From contig OX597825.1 in the NCBI GenBank assembly GCA_951406725.2, positions 70,680,001 to 70,744,000 on the forward strand: a DNA stretch of 64,000 nucleotides, read 5' to 3'. The notes beneath the pieces were generated by a model. The model did no database searches. It was not told the DNA's origin and saw only the letters and a list, made by a program, of their open reading frames with translations. The first letter of the stretch is position 1. Every line of letters begins with the position of its first letter. Shown here in pieces: positions 13,408-26,492 of the stretch. The position numbers and the translations under genes were made by a program. The DNA comes from Octopus vulgaris. Taxonomy: Eukaryota.

Positions 13408-13497
13408 ATCTTCCATTTTGTAGTTCATAAAAACTGTCTCTCCTCCAGCAACGGTTCTTTTCTGGGTTAAGGCATCAATAAGTGTCGTTTCCTTCAC
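13408..13497 (-). CDS. MYO9: Myosin IX motor exon F: VKETTLIDALTQKRTVAGGETVFMNYKMED
   Basis: Acceptor gttattttag, donor gtaagt; 90 nt, phase 0 to 0; covers the cardiomyopathy-loop region. Confidence 0.94.
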
Positions 13498-13871
13498 CTA
13501 AAATAACAATGACATTGCCTTAGCTTTTAACCATCCATATAGCTTTTACAACTTGTTCATACAAAAGAAAACGCTTAAAAAATCTACACAAACAACAAAG
13601 ACCTATCACATACAATAAAATTCGATTGTCAATAACAGAAACTTACTATATACCATATTTTCCAACAAACGAGTCAACAAAGTACACAGTGTAAACATGT
13701 AGTGTAAATATTCATACACTGTCACTATCTTTCCATATCCTGCTGCATTTTATATGGAAGCTTTGCTCCTTCAAAGTCAACTTGGTGTATAAGTCGCAAA
13801 GTACCTTATTCTTAGCTGTAAATTTTTGTCTTCAAAATTCAGTTTGTATGCCAGAAAACATGGTATTATAT

Positions 13872-14216
13872 TTCGTTTTGGGATTTGGTTTGCAAGATTC
13901 TTTATGTGAGTTCGTGTGTTGAAGCATATTCTGTTGTGTCTGGGGAGAGTCATTTTCTTTTTGTGCCTTATAATATAACACACTCACCTGTAAAATTTCC
14001 ACTTTTTTGTTTCTTATTTTTATTTTCCTAAAATTTTCGTTGCATCTTGCAACCTTTTCAATATTTTGAGAGTCAAAACTATTGAAAAGGTTGCAAGACG
14101 CAACGAAAATTTTAGGAAAATAAACATTTTTCAAAAAAGTGGAAATTTTACTGGTGAGTGTGTTACATTATAAGGTACAAAAAGAAAATGACTCTCCCCA
14201 GACACAACAGAATATG
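13872..14216. mobile_element. Fold-back insertion with 12-bp flanking direct repeat (possibly Penelope-like)
   Basis: Palindrome 13925-14216; ATGGTATTATAT at 13860-13871 and 14214-14225. Confidence 0.75.
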
Positions 14217-14306
14217 GTATTATATATTACATTTCCTGGTAGATGATTCTTAACAATTCAGACAACCTGCATTATGAAACGGTTAAGAGTCGGGGAAAGA
14301 ACTTAC

Positions 14307-14384
14307 CTTCAGTAAATTAGATATCACAGTGATAACAGCTTCGTTCCTAATCACTACAGATTCATCATGGTGGAGATCTCCTTT
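14307..14384 (-). CDS. MYO9: Myosin IX motor exon E: KGDLHHDESVVIRNEAVITVISNLLK
   Basis: Acceptor ctttatgcag, donor gtaagt; 78 nt, phase 0 to 0; too short for the ORF track, read manually. Confidence 0.93.
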
Positions 14385-14779
14385 CTGCATAAAGATAGAA
14401 ATATACAATGTAGATATATAGATTATAGAGAGAATATACAACTGTCATATGCATCATGATCATCATCACCATCATCATGATCATCATCTTCATTTAACGT
14501 ATGTTTTCCATCTGATACTTATTACTGATCTTCTATAATAATGAAACTGTATCCTTTAATTTGCTGCTTTTGTATACACAGATCAAGAAGAAATCTTGTG
14601 GAATAGGAGTTATTTTAACAAGATACATCGTGTAACCACCTGAAGGGACACGTCTACATCGATGGATACTCCTAAACCAGTTGTTCAGCATTCCACGTAT
14701 AAGGGATCAATGCTAGATGGGTTCAAAACAATTGTAGCAACCAATAAACATTCTTGTATCTTCCATCTTTCTCATTAAT

Positions 14780-14828
<49 letters not shown>

Positions 14829-14921
14829 CGATTTTATATTCTCTGTTTTCTTATTTGCCCTATATATATGTATGTATATATGTATATATATATATATGTG
14901 TATATATATATATATGTGTAT

Positions 14922-14964
<43 letters not shown>

Positions 14965-15186
14965 TAGAAAAAAACACCTTTTATCAATTCAAAACGAATA
15001 ATTAAATTACACTATTACGTGTAATTTTCTAGATAGTGTAATTTAATTATTAATTTTGAATTGATAAAAGGTGGGTTTTTTCTAATATTTTATATATATT
15101 ATATTGTGTGGAATTTGATTTAGTATTTCTAAATTGAATTCTTTTTCCTTGTAAGTTTGGATTTTATTCCCTCAAATAATAATTAT

Positions 15187-15217
<31 letters not shown>

Positions 15218-15234
15218 ATATATATATATATATA

Positions 15235-15306
<72 letters not shown>

Positions 15307-15307
15307 A

Positions 15308-16283
15308 GTTAGTAGCGGAGGTGGATGCACAGAGAGTATCACCACTAGAATACAAATAGCCTGGGCAAAGTTCAGAAAGCTCCTACCCCTACTGGCAACA
15401 AAAGGCCTCTCCCTCAGAGCAAAAGGTAGATTATATGATGCATGTGTGCGAACTGCCATGCTTCACGGTAATGAAACATGGGCTGTGACTGCAGAAGACA
15501 TGCGTAGACTTGAAAGAAATGAAGCTAGCATGATCCGCTGGATGTGTAGTGTCAGTGTGCACGCAAAACAGAGTGTAAGTATCCTGAGAGAAATGCTGGA
15601 TATAAGAAGCATCAGATGTGGTGTGCAAGAGCGACGCTTGCGATGGTATGGTCATGTGCTGCGGATGGATGAAGAGAGATGTGTGAAGAAGTGCCACTCC
15701 CAAACAGTTGAAGGTATCAGGGGGAGAGGTAGACCCAGGAAGACATGGGATGAGGTGGTCAAGCATGACCTCAGAGCATTGGGCCTCACTGAGGCAATGG
15801 CGAAGGACCGAGATCTCTGGAGATATGCTGTGACTACAAAGACCCGGGCTGCTTTCTGCAGCAATTCCACATACCCCCTACCCATTCTAAGTACCCCCCT
15901 ACCCATTCTAAGTACCCCCTACCCATTCTAAGTACCCCGGATCCCCAAAGTACCCCGGATCCCCAAAGTACCCTGGATCCCCAAAATACCCCGATCCCCA
16001 AAGTACCCCGGACCTCGTTGCCCCCGTGCCGCTGACACGTTAAAATGCTCGAATCCGATCGTGACGATGCCGGACCCTCCGGCCCCTGTGCAGGTGGCAC
16101 GTAAAAAGCACCCAATCCACTCACGGAGTGGTTGGCGTTAGGAAGGGCATCCAGCCGTAGAAACTCTGCCAGATTCAGACTGGAGCCTGGAGCGGCCCCT
16201 GGCTTCCCAGACCCGGTCAAACCGTCCAACCCGTGCTAGCGCGGAAAGCGGACGTTAAACGATGATGATGATGATGATGATGA
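15308..16283 (+). mobile_element. 5'-truncated RTE-clade LINE (ORF C-terminus, 3'UTR, (GAT)n tail)
   Basis: Open frame RIQIAWAKFRKLLPLL...RRLRWYGHVLRMDEER...RGRGRPRKTW...DRDLWR; 3'UTR AGGAAGGGCATCCAGCCGT; 18-20-bp tandem repeats at 15870-16010. Confidence 0.92.
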
Positions 16284-16647
16284 TACACACATTTATATGC
16301 ACACATGCACAAATTTCTTTTTACATGTGCTTAAACCTGCATGTGTGTATGCATATGCGTGCATTCAATTGCACATGTATATCTATAAGTATGCATGTGA
16401 ATATGTGTGTGTGTGTGAATATGTGTGTGTGAGTGGGTGCACGCGCGTGTATGCCTGTGATCAAGCATGTACGTGAATGTATGAATAAATATATTAATTA
16501 TCAAATGGAAAACAGGATATCAGAGTAATAGGTAAAGAAGTGGGTGATACGAGTAATGTGATACAGAGTAAACAGTGAGAATGACGTAAGAACGAAAAAT
16601 GTTAAGAAACTGTAATATATAAAGCAGTCCAAATAACTATGTGTGTG

Positions 16648-16679
<32 letters not shown>

Positions 16680-16884
16680 TATACATATATATATTCTTTT
16701 AATAAAAAGGGAAGTATATATATATACATGTATACACACACACACACAAACACATATATATATACACTAACACACATACATATGTGTACACATATATACA
16801 TATACACACACAAACACACACATATACACATACATCTGTATATCTGTATATATACACAAACACACACATACATATACATACATG

Positions 16885-16922
<38 letters not shown>

Positions 16923-17218
16923 TATATATACAAACGCACATACACACACATCATACACATACATATGTACACATTACACACACATACATATCATCATCAT
17001 CTTTATCGTTATTTAATGTCCGTTTTTCCATCCAGACATAGGTTGCATAGCCAGAGAACTAGAGGTCTGCATCTAATGCCCAGATGTCCTTCTTAACATG
17101 CATGCATACACACACACACACACACACACACAGCTACAAGCATAACCATGTAATAAAAATCCTCACTCTGTAACCACATGTTTAAGTTAGTTCCAAGAGA
17201 TTGTTTAACCAGAAACAG

Positions 17219-17262
<44 letters not shown>

Positions 17263-17651
17263 GTAAAATATGAAAACTCAACAAAAATGCACATTGCAAA
17301 TAAAAAAAGTTTTTTTATGACAGGTAACGACAAATATATACAATTAGATGGACTGAGGTAGTCATAAGAGTCGTCATTATTATGAGATGATTATAAGATG
17401 ATAATAAAGTAAGAAAACAAAGCGAACCATGGTTTCGGCAAAAAGCTATTCATTGCTTTGAAAACACTGGCTAATACATGGTGTCAAGTCTAATAGTTCC
17501 TGATGCATGCACGCACACACATCTGTCATAGAAAGCCTTTTTTTTATTTGCAATGTGCATTTTCGTTGAGTTTTCATATTTTACCCTTACATTTCATATT
17601 TTCTTTTTGTAATATATTTCTACTATATATATATATATATATATATATTCA

Positions 17652-17962
17652 TTTCCATAGGGTCCTATCAGAAGCTACCATTATTACACTTTCTGGCTCG
17701 ATTGGCAAGCATGACCAACTGAGAATAGGGATATTTTCCAAACATTTCATTCTTGATCCATCTCTAGATCTCCTGGTGGTCAGCTTGGCCTGAAGAATTT
17801 GCCTGGCATTTCATCCTGCAACATTTTAATCACATGTCCTTAGTACCAGATCTGTGACCTCTCTACATGTATGGGTAGCAGCTCGACCTGAGAAACTCCC
17901 TGATCTCCAAACTACGCATATTTGTCGAGTAATGTTATTGCAGAGATCCTCTGGAAGAAACT
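17652..17962 (-). mobile_element. Degenerate RTE-like LINE fragment
   Basis: Reverse strand gives interrupted ELLPIHVERSQIWY*GHVIKM...ASDRTLWK. Confidence 0.6.
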
Positions 17963-18186
17963 TATTTCAGTCATTTGTATTTGTAATTGAACACTTTTGG
18001 TCATAACTCAAGTTTCATAACCAAAAGTGATAAGTACAGAAACCAAATTGCAGATAGCAAGTTTGGTTATTTTTACCAATCTTTCCTCTTCAGGGAATTG
18101 AATGCAGGAACTGGCAATCCTAGCATCCAAGTCAGCGTCCTGCTTCCCAGTATAAAAGAAAAAAACAAAAAAAAAGAGTAAGGAGG

Positions 18187-18592
18187 AGGAGTGGCTGTGT
18201 GGTAAGTAGCTTGTTTACCAACCACATGGTTCCGGGTTCAGTCCGACTGCATGACACCTTGAGAAAGTGTCTTCTACTATAGTCGGGCCGACCAAAGCCT
18301 TGTGAGTGGATTTGGTAGACAGAAACTGAAAGAAGCCCGTCGTATATATGTATATATATATGCGTGTGTGTGTTTGTGTGAGTGTGTTTGTCCCCCTAGC
18401 ATTGCTAGACAACCGATGCTGGTGTATTTATTTCCCCGTTACTTAGCGGTTCGGCAAAAGAGACCGATAGAATAAGTACTGGGCTTACAAAAGAATAAGT
18501 CCCGGGATCGAGTTGCTCGATTAAAGGCGGTGCTCCAGCATGGCCGCAGTCAAATGACTGAAACAAGTAAAAGAGTAAAAGAGTAAAGAGTA
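18187..18592 (+). mobile_element. SINE family A, full length
   Basis: Matches the 9210 and 34366 copies; ends about 75 bp from the exon D donor. Confidence 0.9.
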
Positions 18593-18666
18593 AGAAAATG
18601 GCATGTCTGCAAGGACCAGGATTTTTTTTTTCTTTTAAGCTTTGAAAACAGAAAGTATTTATTTAC

Positions 18667-18721
18667 CTTCTTGAACTCCACGTTACCAAGATGTAACACA
18701 GCAGACAACACAGAGAAAATC
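18667..18721 (-). CDS. MYO9: Myosin IX motor exon D: (R)IFSVLSAVLHLGNVEFKK
   Basis: Acceptor gatgtag after a T/C-rich tract, donor gtaaat; 55 nt, phase 2 to 0; LHLGN motif. Confidence 0.95.
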
Positions 18722-19044
18722 CTACATCGAGGGGGAAAAAAAAGAACAAAAAAAATTAATAAAAAGAAAGAAAACAGGAATTTAGAAAAATACATTAAAT
18801 TATTTGCAGAGAAATCCAATGAATTATTTCAAAAATTTCTGTTTACAGCAAAGTTAGCAATGTATAGAAATAGTTTCAGTGAAATTCAGTAAATTATTCT
18901 AAATATTTCTATTAATAAGCACACAAGAATGGCTATGTGGTGCTTAAGAAGCTTGCTTTTGCAACTCAAGATCTCATAATTGAAAAACAAACTTCTTCAC
19001 CATTTGACTATGCTGTGCACATACATATGAATAAAATAAATGTG

Positions 19045-19288
19045 CCCATTTGAAGCCTAGCCAGGCTCATGGTCCCGGTTTCCTGGTTTCTATGGTGTAT
19101 GTGTTCCCCAGCTGGACGGGACGCCAGTCCATCGCAGTGTTACTCGTTTTTGCCAGCTGAGTGGACTGGAGCAACGTGAAATGAAGTGTTTTGCTCAAGA
19201 ACACAACGCGTCGCCCGGTCCAGGAATCGAAACCACAATCTTACGATCATGATGCTGACACCCTAACCACTAAGCCATGTGCCTCCAC
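19045..19288 (-). mobile_element. SINE family C
   Basis: Reverse complement of the GGAGGCACATGGCTTAGTGGTTAGGG...GGTTTCGATTCC head. Confidence 0.8.
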
Positions 19289-19964
19289 ATACATACATAC
19301 ATATACAATAACTGAATGAATCACCCCTCTCTCTCTCTCTACTCAGCTAGGAAAGAGTAAAGTTGAAATATATTGATTGAATGAGGCAGTATCCATTCTT
19401 AAGGGCTTAAGGGCTTAAGTAAGAAGACCCATATTCATATACTGGATCTTGTCTCCCACTCTTCACCCATTTTTCTTAACCCTTTAGTATTCAAATTACT
19501 CTGTCAAAAGTAATACTTATTTATTCACATTATTTTGAGTTAATCATGGATTATCTCATAGCTTTGAGATTCTTTGAGATTTCAATGATGTGATTATTTG
19601 CCTTTAGAATAAAAGCAACACATTGTGTTCTTGAGCAAAACACTTCATTTCACATTTCACATTAGGGGCAGGATCCGGCCAGTTTGAACATAATGAAGGT
19701 GGAAATATTTGGGCGGGATTTGATCAGATTAAATATTAAAGGTTTAAATTGAGAAGGGTGTCGTTTGATGGAAGATATGACTGCTATTTTTAGCAGACTG
19801 AGTGGCAAAGACCTTGATCGGCTCATATTTCTATATATAGTGACAGATTGATTGATTAGCTCATTCATTCATTCTTTCATTGATCCAATAACATTATCAT
19901 TTTGCATGCTGGGAAGAAGAAAACACACCCACAGGCAACAAAAAGATTAAGGTTTCACATGTCA

Positions 19965-20459
<495 letters not shown>

Positions 20460-20856
20460 AATATATTTATATCTTCAATGTTTTACCATTAGCTGTGTAA
20501 CAGGAAAAAGTAAATAAATAAACAAATGAATGAATAATGGGATAAATGCTAATTAAAGCTTTCTTTAATGTGATTTAGAAATTAAGCATCAATTTAAGCA
20601 ATTATGTATAATGAATAGTGTTGTGTTGATTAGAAAGACCATAGAACTTTGATATAACAATGAAGGTTAGTCAAGACAATAGGCAACTTCTGACACAGTC
20701 ACACTCAATCTGCTAGAAATAGCAGCCAAACTTCCCTAAAACCACACCCTTGCTTAAGATTTGGAGACACTGGGCAGTGTGGTTTTAGATATATAAAAAT
20801 GAGGGCCGCCACTGACCAAAGGGCAGCCAAAGACTGCTGTACAACTTGGGGATTAA

Positions 20857-21076
20857 CTCTTTCGTATTCAGATTACTTTATCAAATCCAATGCTTATTTA
20901 GTCACATCATTTTGAATTAATCCTGCGTTATTTTGTAGCTTTGAGATGTCAATGATGGGATTATCTGTTTTTGGAATGACATTGTAGGGGAGGTGTGAGA
21001 GGCAAGTTCTAGCCAGTATGAACATAAAACAGGTAGGATATTTGGGCCAGATATGGTCAGTATAACTGCTAAAGGG
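20857..21076. mobile_element. TTAA-flanked MITE (piggyBac-like)
   Basis: TTAA|CTCTTT...AAAGGG|TTAA termini; related copies at 19480, 25078, 52361, 54615 and 60765. Confidence 0.72.
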
Positions 21077-21109
21077 TTAAACAGCAAGATATATGAACAC
21101 ACAATTACA

Positions 21110-21886
21110 TAGCTATGTACTGTGGGAAAATTGTCAGTTATTTGCTGTGGGAACATTGGTAGCTATCTATGGGAACATTGCCAGTTATATGCTGTGGGAG
21201 CATTGGCAGTTATATGCTGTGGGAAAATTGTTGGTTATATACTGTGAGAACATTGCCAGTTATATGCTGTGGGAACATTGGCAGTTATATGCTGTGGGAA
21301 CATTGGCAGTTATATGCTGTAGGAAAATTGTTGGTTATATGTTGTGGGAACATTGTTAGCTATAGACTATGGAAACTTTGCCTGTTATAAGATGTAGATA
21401 CATTGCTACTTATACACTGTGGTAACATAAATGCTGTGGGAATATAAACAGTTATATACTGTAGGAACATTGAGTCATATGGAGTGCATATCATTTACAA
21501 GCTACATACTGTGGAAGTATTCCAAGTTATATGCTGTGGGAACATCACTGGTTTATGGGCTGTGGGAACATTGCTGATTACATATTGTGGGAGCATTGCT
21601 AATTATGTACTGTAGAAACACGTGGTTATGTACCATAGGAAATTGCCTGTTATATGTTGCAGGTGTATGCTGTAGAAACACTGACAGTTTTTATATGCTG
21701 TGCAGATCATAGCTAGTTATAAACTATAGGCTGTAACATCACCAGTTATATGCTATGGGAACATTGCCAGTTATATGCTATGGGAACATTGCCAGTTATA
21801 TGCTATGGGAACATTGCCAGTTATATGCTATGGGAACATTGCCAGTTATATGCGGTGGGAACATTGCCAGTTATATGCTGTGGGAA
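21110..21886. repeat. 25-bp minisatellite (ATGCTRTGGGAACATTGCCAGTTAT), about 30 units
   Basis: Near-perfect units at 21750-21885, degenerate in the middle. Confidence 0.92.
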
Positions 21887-22048
21887 AAGAATATGAGAGG
21901 ACAATGCTCGTGATCTTTGATTCATTGGTTACCCTCACATTTAAGACTTGGTCTGAATGCTTCTAACAGAGTGAACTCAATACAGGTGCTCGAGAATCAA
22001 GAAGTGCTGGAAGATAAAATATAACAAACACATTGAATCCGTTCTAAC

Positions 22049-22149
22049 CTGTGCTGTCTTTCAGTAGAAAAACCAACCATTTCCATAGACTGCTTTAAAC
22101 GGGCAAATTCATGCTCTTCATCGACACCATCAACAGTATAACAGTTACT
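22049..22149 (-). CDS. MYO9: Myosin IX motor exon C: SNCYTVDGVDEEHEFARLKQSMEMVGFSTERQH(R)
   Basis: Acceptor tattgttgcag, donor gttaga; 101 nt, phase 0 to 2; HEFARLKQSMEMVGF is typical of class IX. Confidence 0.95.
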
Positions 22150-22254
22150 CTGCAACAATAAAAGAAGGAAAAAGACAATGAGATTACAGGCGGATGGAGG
22201 AAAGAACAAGAACAACAAAATAGAATTGGTACAATTGGGTTTCATATACACAGA

Positions 22255-22720
22255 CTAGCTATTTTGACCCGTGTTTCGCTCGGGTTTTGGTGGTGGTGGT
22301 GTTTTGTGCATGTTGTTTCCTTTTCCCTTTCTTCTTTTGTTCGTCTTCCTTGCCTGGTTCTTTTTATTGCCCTCTTCTTTACCCCACTTTCCAAAATCCC
22401 CCAAATTTTTACACCCTCGATTAAAGATAACTGCCTCTAGCCCCTGCAGCAACACGAAAAGCCACCATTATTCAAACAGCGCAACCTGTCTATCCAGTTA
22501 AACTCAATTTTTCCCATATTCTTCACCATGGCAACCATACGGTAGCCCCAAGCGACTTGCAACCCTCCTCACACCATTGCCCACCCTATTTTACCCCCCA
22601 CCCCCGTGTAAATTTTGGCGCCAATCCGACCCCATCTGCCGCCCCTTAAACCGTTCCCATCCCAAAATGAGACAAATAACCAAGAAATCAAACAACTTTT
22701 TCGCATTTCAGCTTTATAGA
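22255..22720 (-). mobile_element. Non-autonomous Helitron
   Basis: Minus strand: A|TCTATAAAGCTGAA start, hairpin ACCCGAGCGAAACACGGGT, CTAG|T end. Confidence 0.8.
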
Positions 22721-25677
22721 TATTGATTTAGCATTTACCATTAGAAATACACACGAGATTAGGAAGGCTCAGCTGAAAAAGGATGTCCCCTGCATCCTTT
22801 TTCAGCCGAGCATTCCTAATCTTGCAGACTTGTGGGTTCTGGTGCCATGCAAAAGCACCCATGCTGGTGCTATGTAAAAGCATCCTGTACACTTTGTAAA
22901 ATGGTTGGTATTAGGAAGGGCATCTGGCTGTAGAAACCACATCAAAACTGACATGGAGCCCAGGCAGCTCTCTGGCTTGCAAGCTCCTGTCAAACCTATT
23001 TCTTTATTACCCACAAGGGGCCAAACACAGAGGGGACAAACAAGAACAGACATAGGTATTAAGTCAATTACATCGACCCTAGCATGTAACTGGTACTTAA
23101 TTTATCGACCCCGAAAGGATGAAAGGCAAAATCGACCTCGGCAGAATTTGAACTCAGAACGTAACGACAGACGAAATACGGCTACACATTTCTGCCAGCT
23201 CCTGTCAAACCGTCCAACCCATGCCAGCATGGAAAACAGATATTAAATGATGATGGTGATGTGATTACTTCAGGCATTTTAAAGGTATTCGCAGATTTAA
23301 ATAGGATTCATGTCTCCAGAGACACAGGTGTGGCTGTGTGGTTAGGAAGCTTGCTTGCCAGCCATGTGGTCTTGGATTCAATTTCACCGCATGGCACCTT
23401 GGTGCATGTGTTTCTGCGATAGCCCCCTGCCAACCAAAGCCTTGTACATGGATTCGATAAATGTAAACTGAAAGAAGCCCTTCATGTATGTGTTTGTCTA
23501 TATCATGTGACAGTTGTAAAAAGCATCACCACCATACCAAATTGAGAATGGATTTGGTAATGTGTCTGTGTTTGTGTCCCCCTCCCCATCACTGCTTGAC
23601 GATAGCTTTTGGTGTTTACATCCCTGCAACTTAACAGTTCATCAAAAGACACCAACAGAATAAGTACCAGGCTTAAAAAATAAGTCCTGGGGTCAATTTG
23701 TTCAACTAAAAGCCCTCAAGGCAGTGTTCCAGCATGGCCACAGTCAAATGACTGGAACATGAAAAAGAAAAAGAAAAAAAAAGAAAAAAGAAAATGCTAT
23801 TATTTATAGCTTTATGCGCTTTGAGGTCCACTTTTCTAAAACAAGAAACATATTGCCATTTAAATCTCAGCACTTTTAGTTTCCTAATTAAAATAATCCA
23901 AAACAAATTTCGTAATTTCAAACAAGTAGATGACAGACCCGCCACTTAATAAGACATAACTATAACAAAAATGGCTTTGAAATACATTGAAAATATGTTA
24001 CGTGCTCTTCAGAAAGTCAACAGAGAAACATCTAAGGTTACTAGAATATGGCCAAGCGGAACTGATGTGGTGACATAGATCAGCCCAAGACTGCTAACAC
24101 TTCAAGAAGCATGGCTTGTTACAAAACCTAAATTAATACAGCAGCTGCCAGTTTATGGTTTCTGCGCCAAGGTGGAACTCAAATCTCAAATAAACCTCTT
24201 CAACTCTGGCAGACAGGAAGGCACAAATTCTGAAATCTTGACATATTTATTTATTTAAGAATATTACCGAGTTTCTTTGTGATATGATTCCTGAAATAGC
24301 AGCAGCCTTTTATTACAAGCAGTATTTCTTACACATGTACGTGTAGGGGAGGGCTTAACAGAATCATTAAACCAAACTTAAATGGAGTATAATGGAGACT
24401 CCATGTTTTTGTTTTTTTTTTTTGCTTTTAAGATTTCCATTACTAAAAGAGCTTAAACCAACAAAATCAAAAGAGATTAGTTCCAGGTAATGCTTTTAGG
24501 AATTATATAAACTGACAGCGTAGAATAATAAGCATCCATTTCTAAAACGGTGTTAAATCTTATTACTAATTAAATAATTAAATTATAAAGAGGGGTTGTT
24601 CACATGTTTGACTAATTAAAAAGTGGGTTTCATTAATTTCAATGTGTTCAACAATAGAAATAATTGCTGTAGTGTAAAATGTGCATTGATTAGGGAAAAA
24701 TATGAGGATTTAACTAGAAACATTTCTATCCAGTAAGCTAGTTACTACAGTACCAGCAAGCAAATATGAGGCTTGATGAGACAAACATTTGTAATTATCT
24801 CCCTTACTTGCTCAGCCAAACAATAATATTGGCTCCAAATTTTGGCACAAGGCCAGCAATTTCTGGGAAGGTGGCTAGTCAATTACATGACCCCCAGTAC
24901 TCAACTGGTACTTATTTTATCAGCCCCAAAAGGATAAAAAGCAAAGGTGACTTTGGCAGAATTTGAACTTAGGAACATAAAGACAGATGACATGCGGTGA
25001 AGCTTTTTGCCCGGCATGCTAACGATTCTGCCAGCTCACTGCCTTTGGCCAAGCAATGGTATTGGTTAGCTCCTTAACTATTTAGCATTTAAACCGGCCA
25101 TATCCAGCCAAAACTGTTCTGTTTTATGGCTACATCTGGCCTCTCACACCTACCCTACAGCATCATTGTGAAAAATAACAACCACATCATTGAAATCTCA
25201 AAGTTGTGCAATGATGTATGATTAAGGATGGCCGTGTGGTAAGAAGACTGCTTCCCAACGACATGGTTCTGGGTTCAGTCCCACAGCATGGCACCTTGTG
25301 TCTTCTACTATAGCCTTGGGCCAATCAAGGCTTTTGTTAGTGGATTAGGTAGAAGGAAACTGAAAGAAGCCCATCATATATATATCTGTGTGTGTGTGTG
25401 TGTGTGTGTATGTTGTATCAACATTATCATCCATCGTCGCTGATGTCTTTACATCCTTAAAACTTAGCGGTTCAGCAAAAGAGCCCAATAGACTAAATAC
25501 CAGGCTAGAAAAAAAAAAAAAAAGAGCTGATCAAGAACTGAACCCAGAACCATGGCTGTGTGGTAAGAAGACTGCTTCCCAACCACAGGGTTCTAGGTTA
25601 AGTTCCACAGCATAGCACCTTGAGCAAGTGTCTTCTACTATAGCCTCTAGAAGAAAAAAACCCTGTTGCTGCAGTTT

Positions 25678-25729
<52 letters not shown>

Positions 25730-26432
25730 CCTCTCTCTCAAACATATACGCCCCAGTCTGTAACATACAAATGTAACTATCAGGGCAATAGCAGAACCCG
25801 CTTCCAAAACAATAAAGGAAAAAGAAATACTTGCTTTAGATGAGCACTACCTGCTGGAGCCTCATGGAACTTTAGGTGTTTTCGCTCAACAAACACACAC
25901 AACGCCCGGTCTGGGAATCGAAACCACGATCCTCCGACTGCAAGTCCGCTGCCCTAACCACTAAGCCATTGCACCTCCACTGCTGCTGCTGTTGTTGCTG
26001 TTGCTGTTTAGCTCTTGATCAGCTCTCAGCTAACAGATCTAAGATGAGAGATGATCCAGTTATGGTTCTCCCATTCTTTTCAAAACCATTGTATGTCTGC
26101 ATCTAAGACTAGAGTTTGCTGGTCTCTTTCCAAGAGGGATTTGACTGACATTTCTACCACATCAAGAAGAACCCCTGTGGAGGTTTGGCGTTATTATTGT
26201 GGTGCAAGACAAAATAGAGAATAATGTTTCTTCCAGGCAAGGACTTTTATTAGAGAGGAAGGAACTCCACCCAAACACGAGTAACTCAACCCTTATCACA
26301 ACACTACTAATGAGTGTGTGTGTGTGTGTGTGTGAGTCTGTGTCTGTATGAGTGTGTGTGTGTCTGTGTGAGTGTGTGTGTGTGTGCATGGGTATATCAC
26401 AATCTTTTATTTATATATGTCCAATAGTACAG

Positions 26433-26492
<60 letters not shown>

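Noticed and set aside
12698-13430. Cys/His repeat protein or CRISPR-like array
   Set aside because: Contiguous tandem units with no unique spacers; eukaryotic intron; open frames follow from unit length
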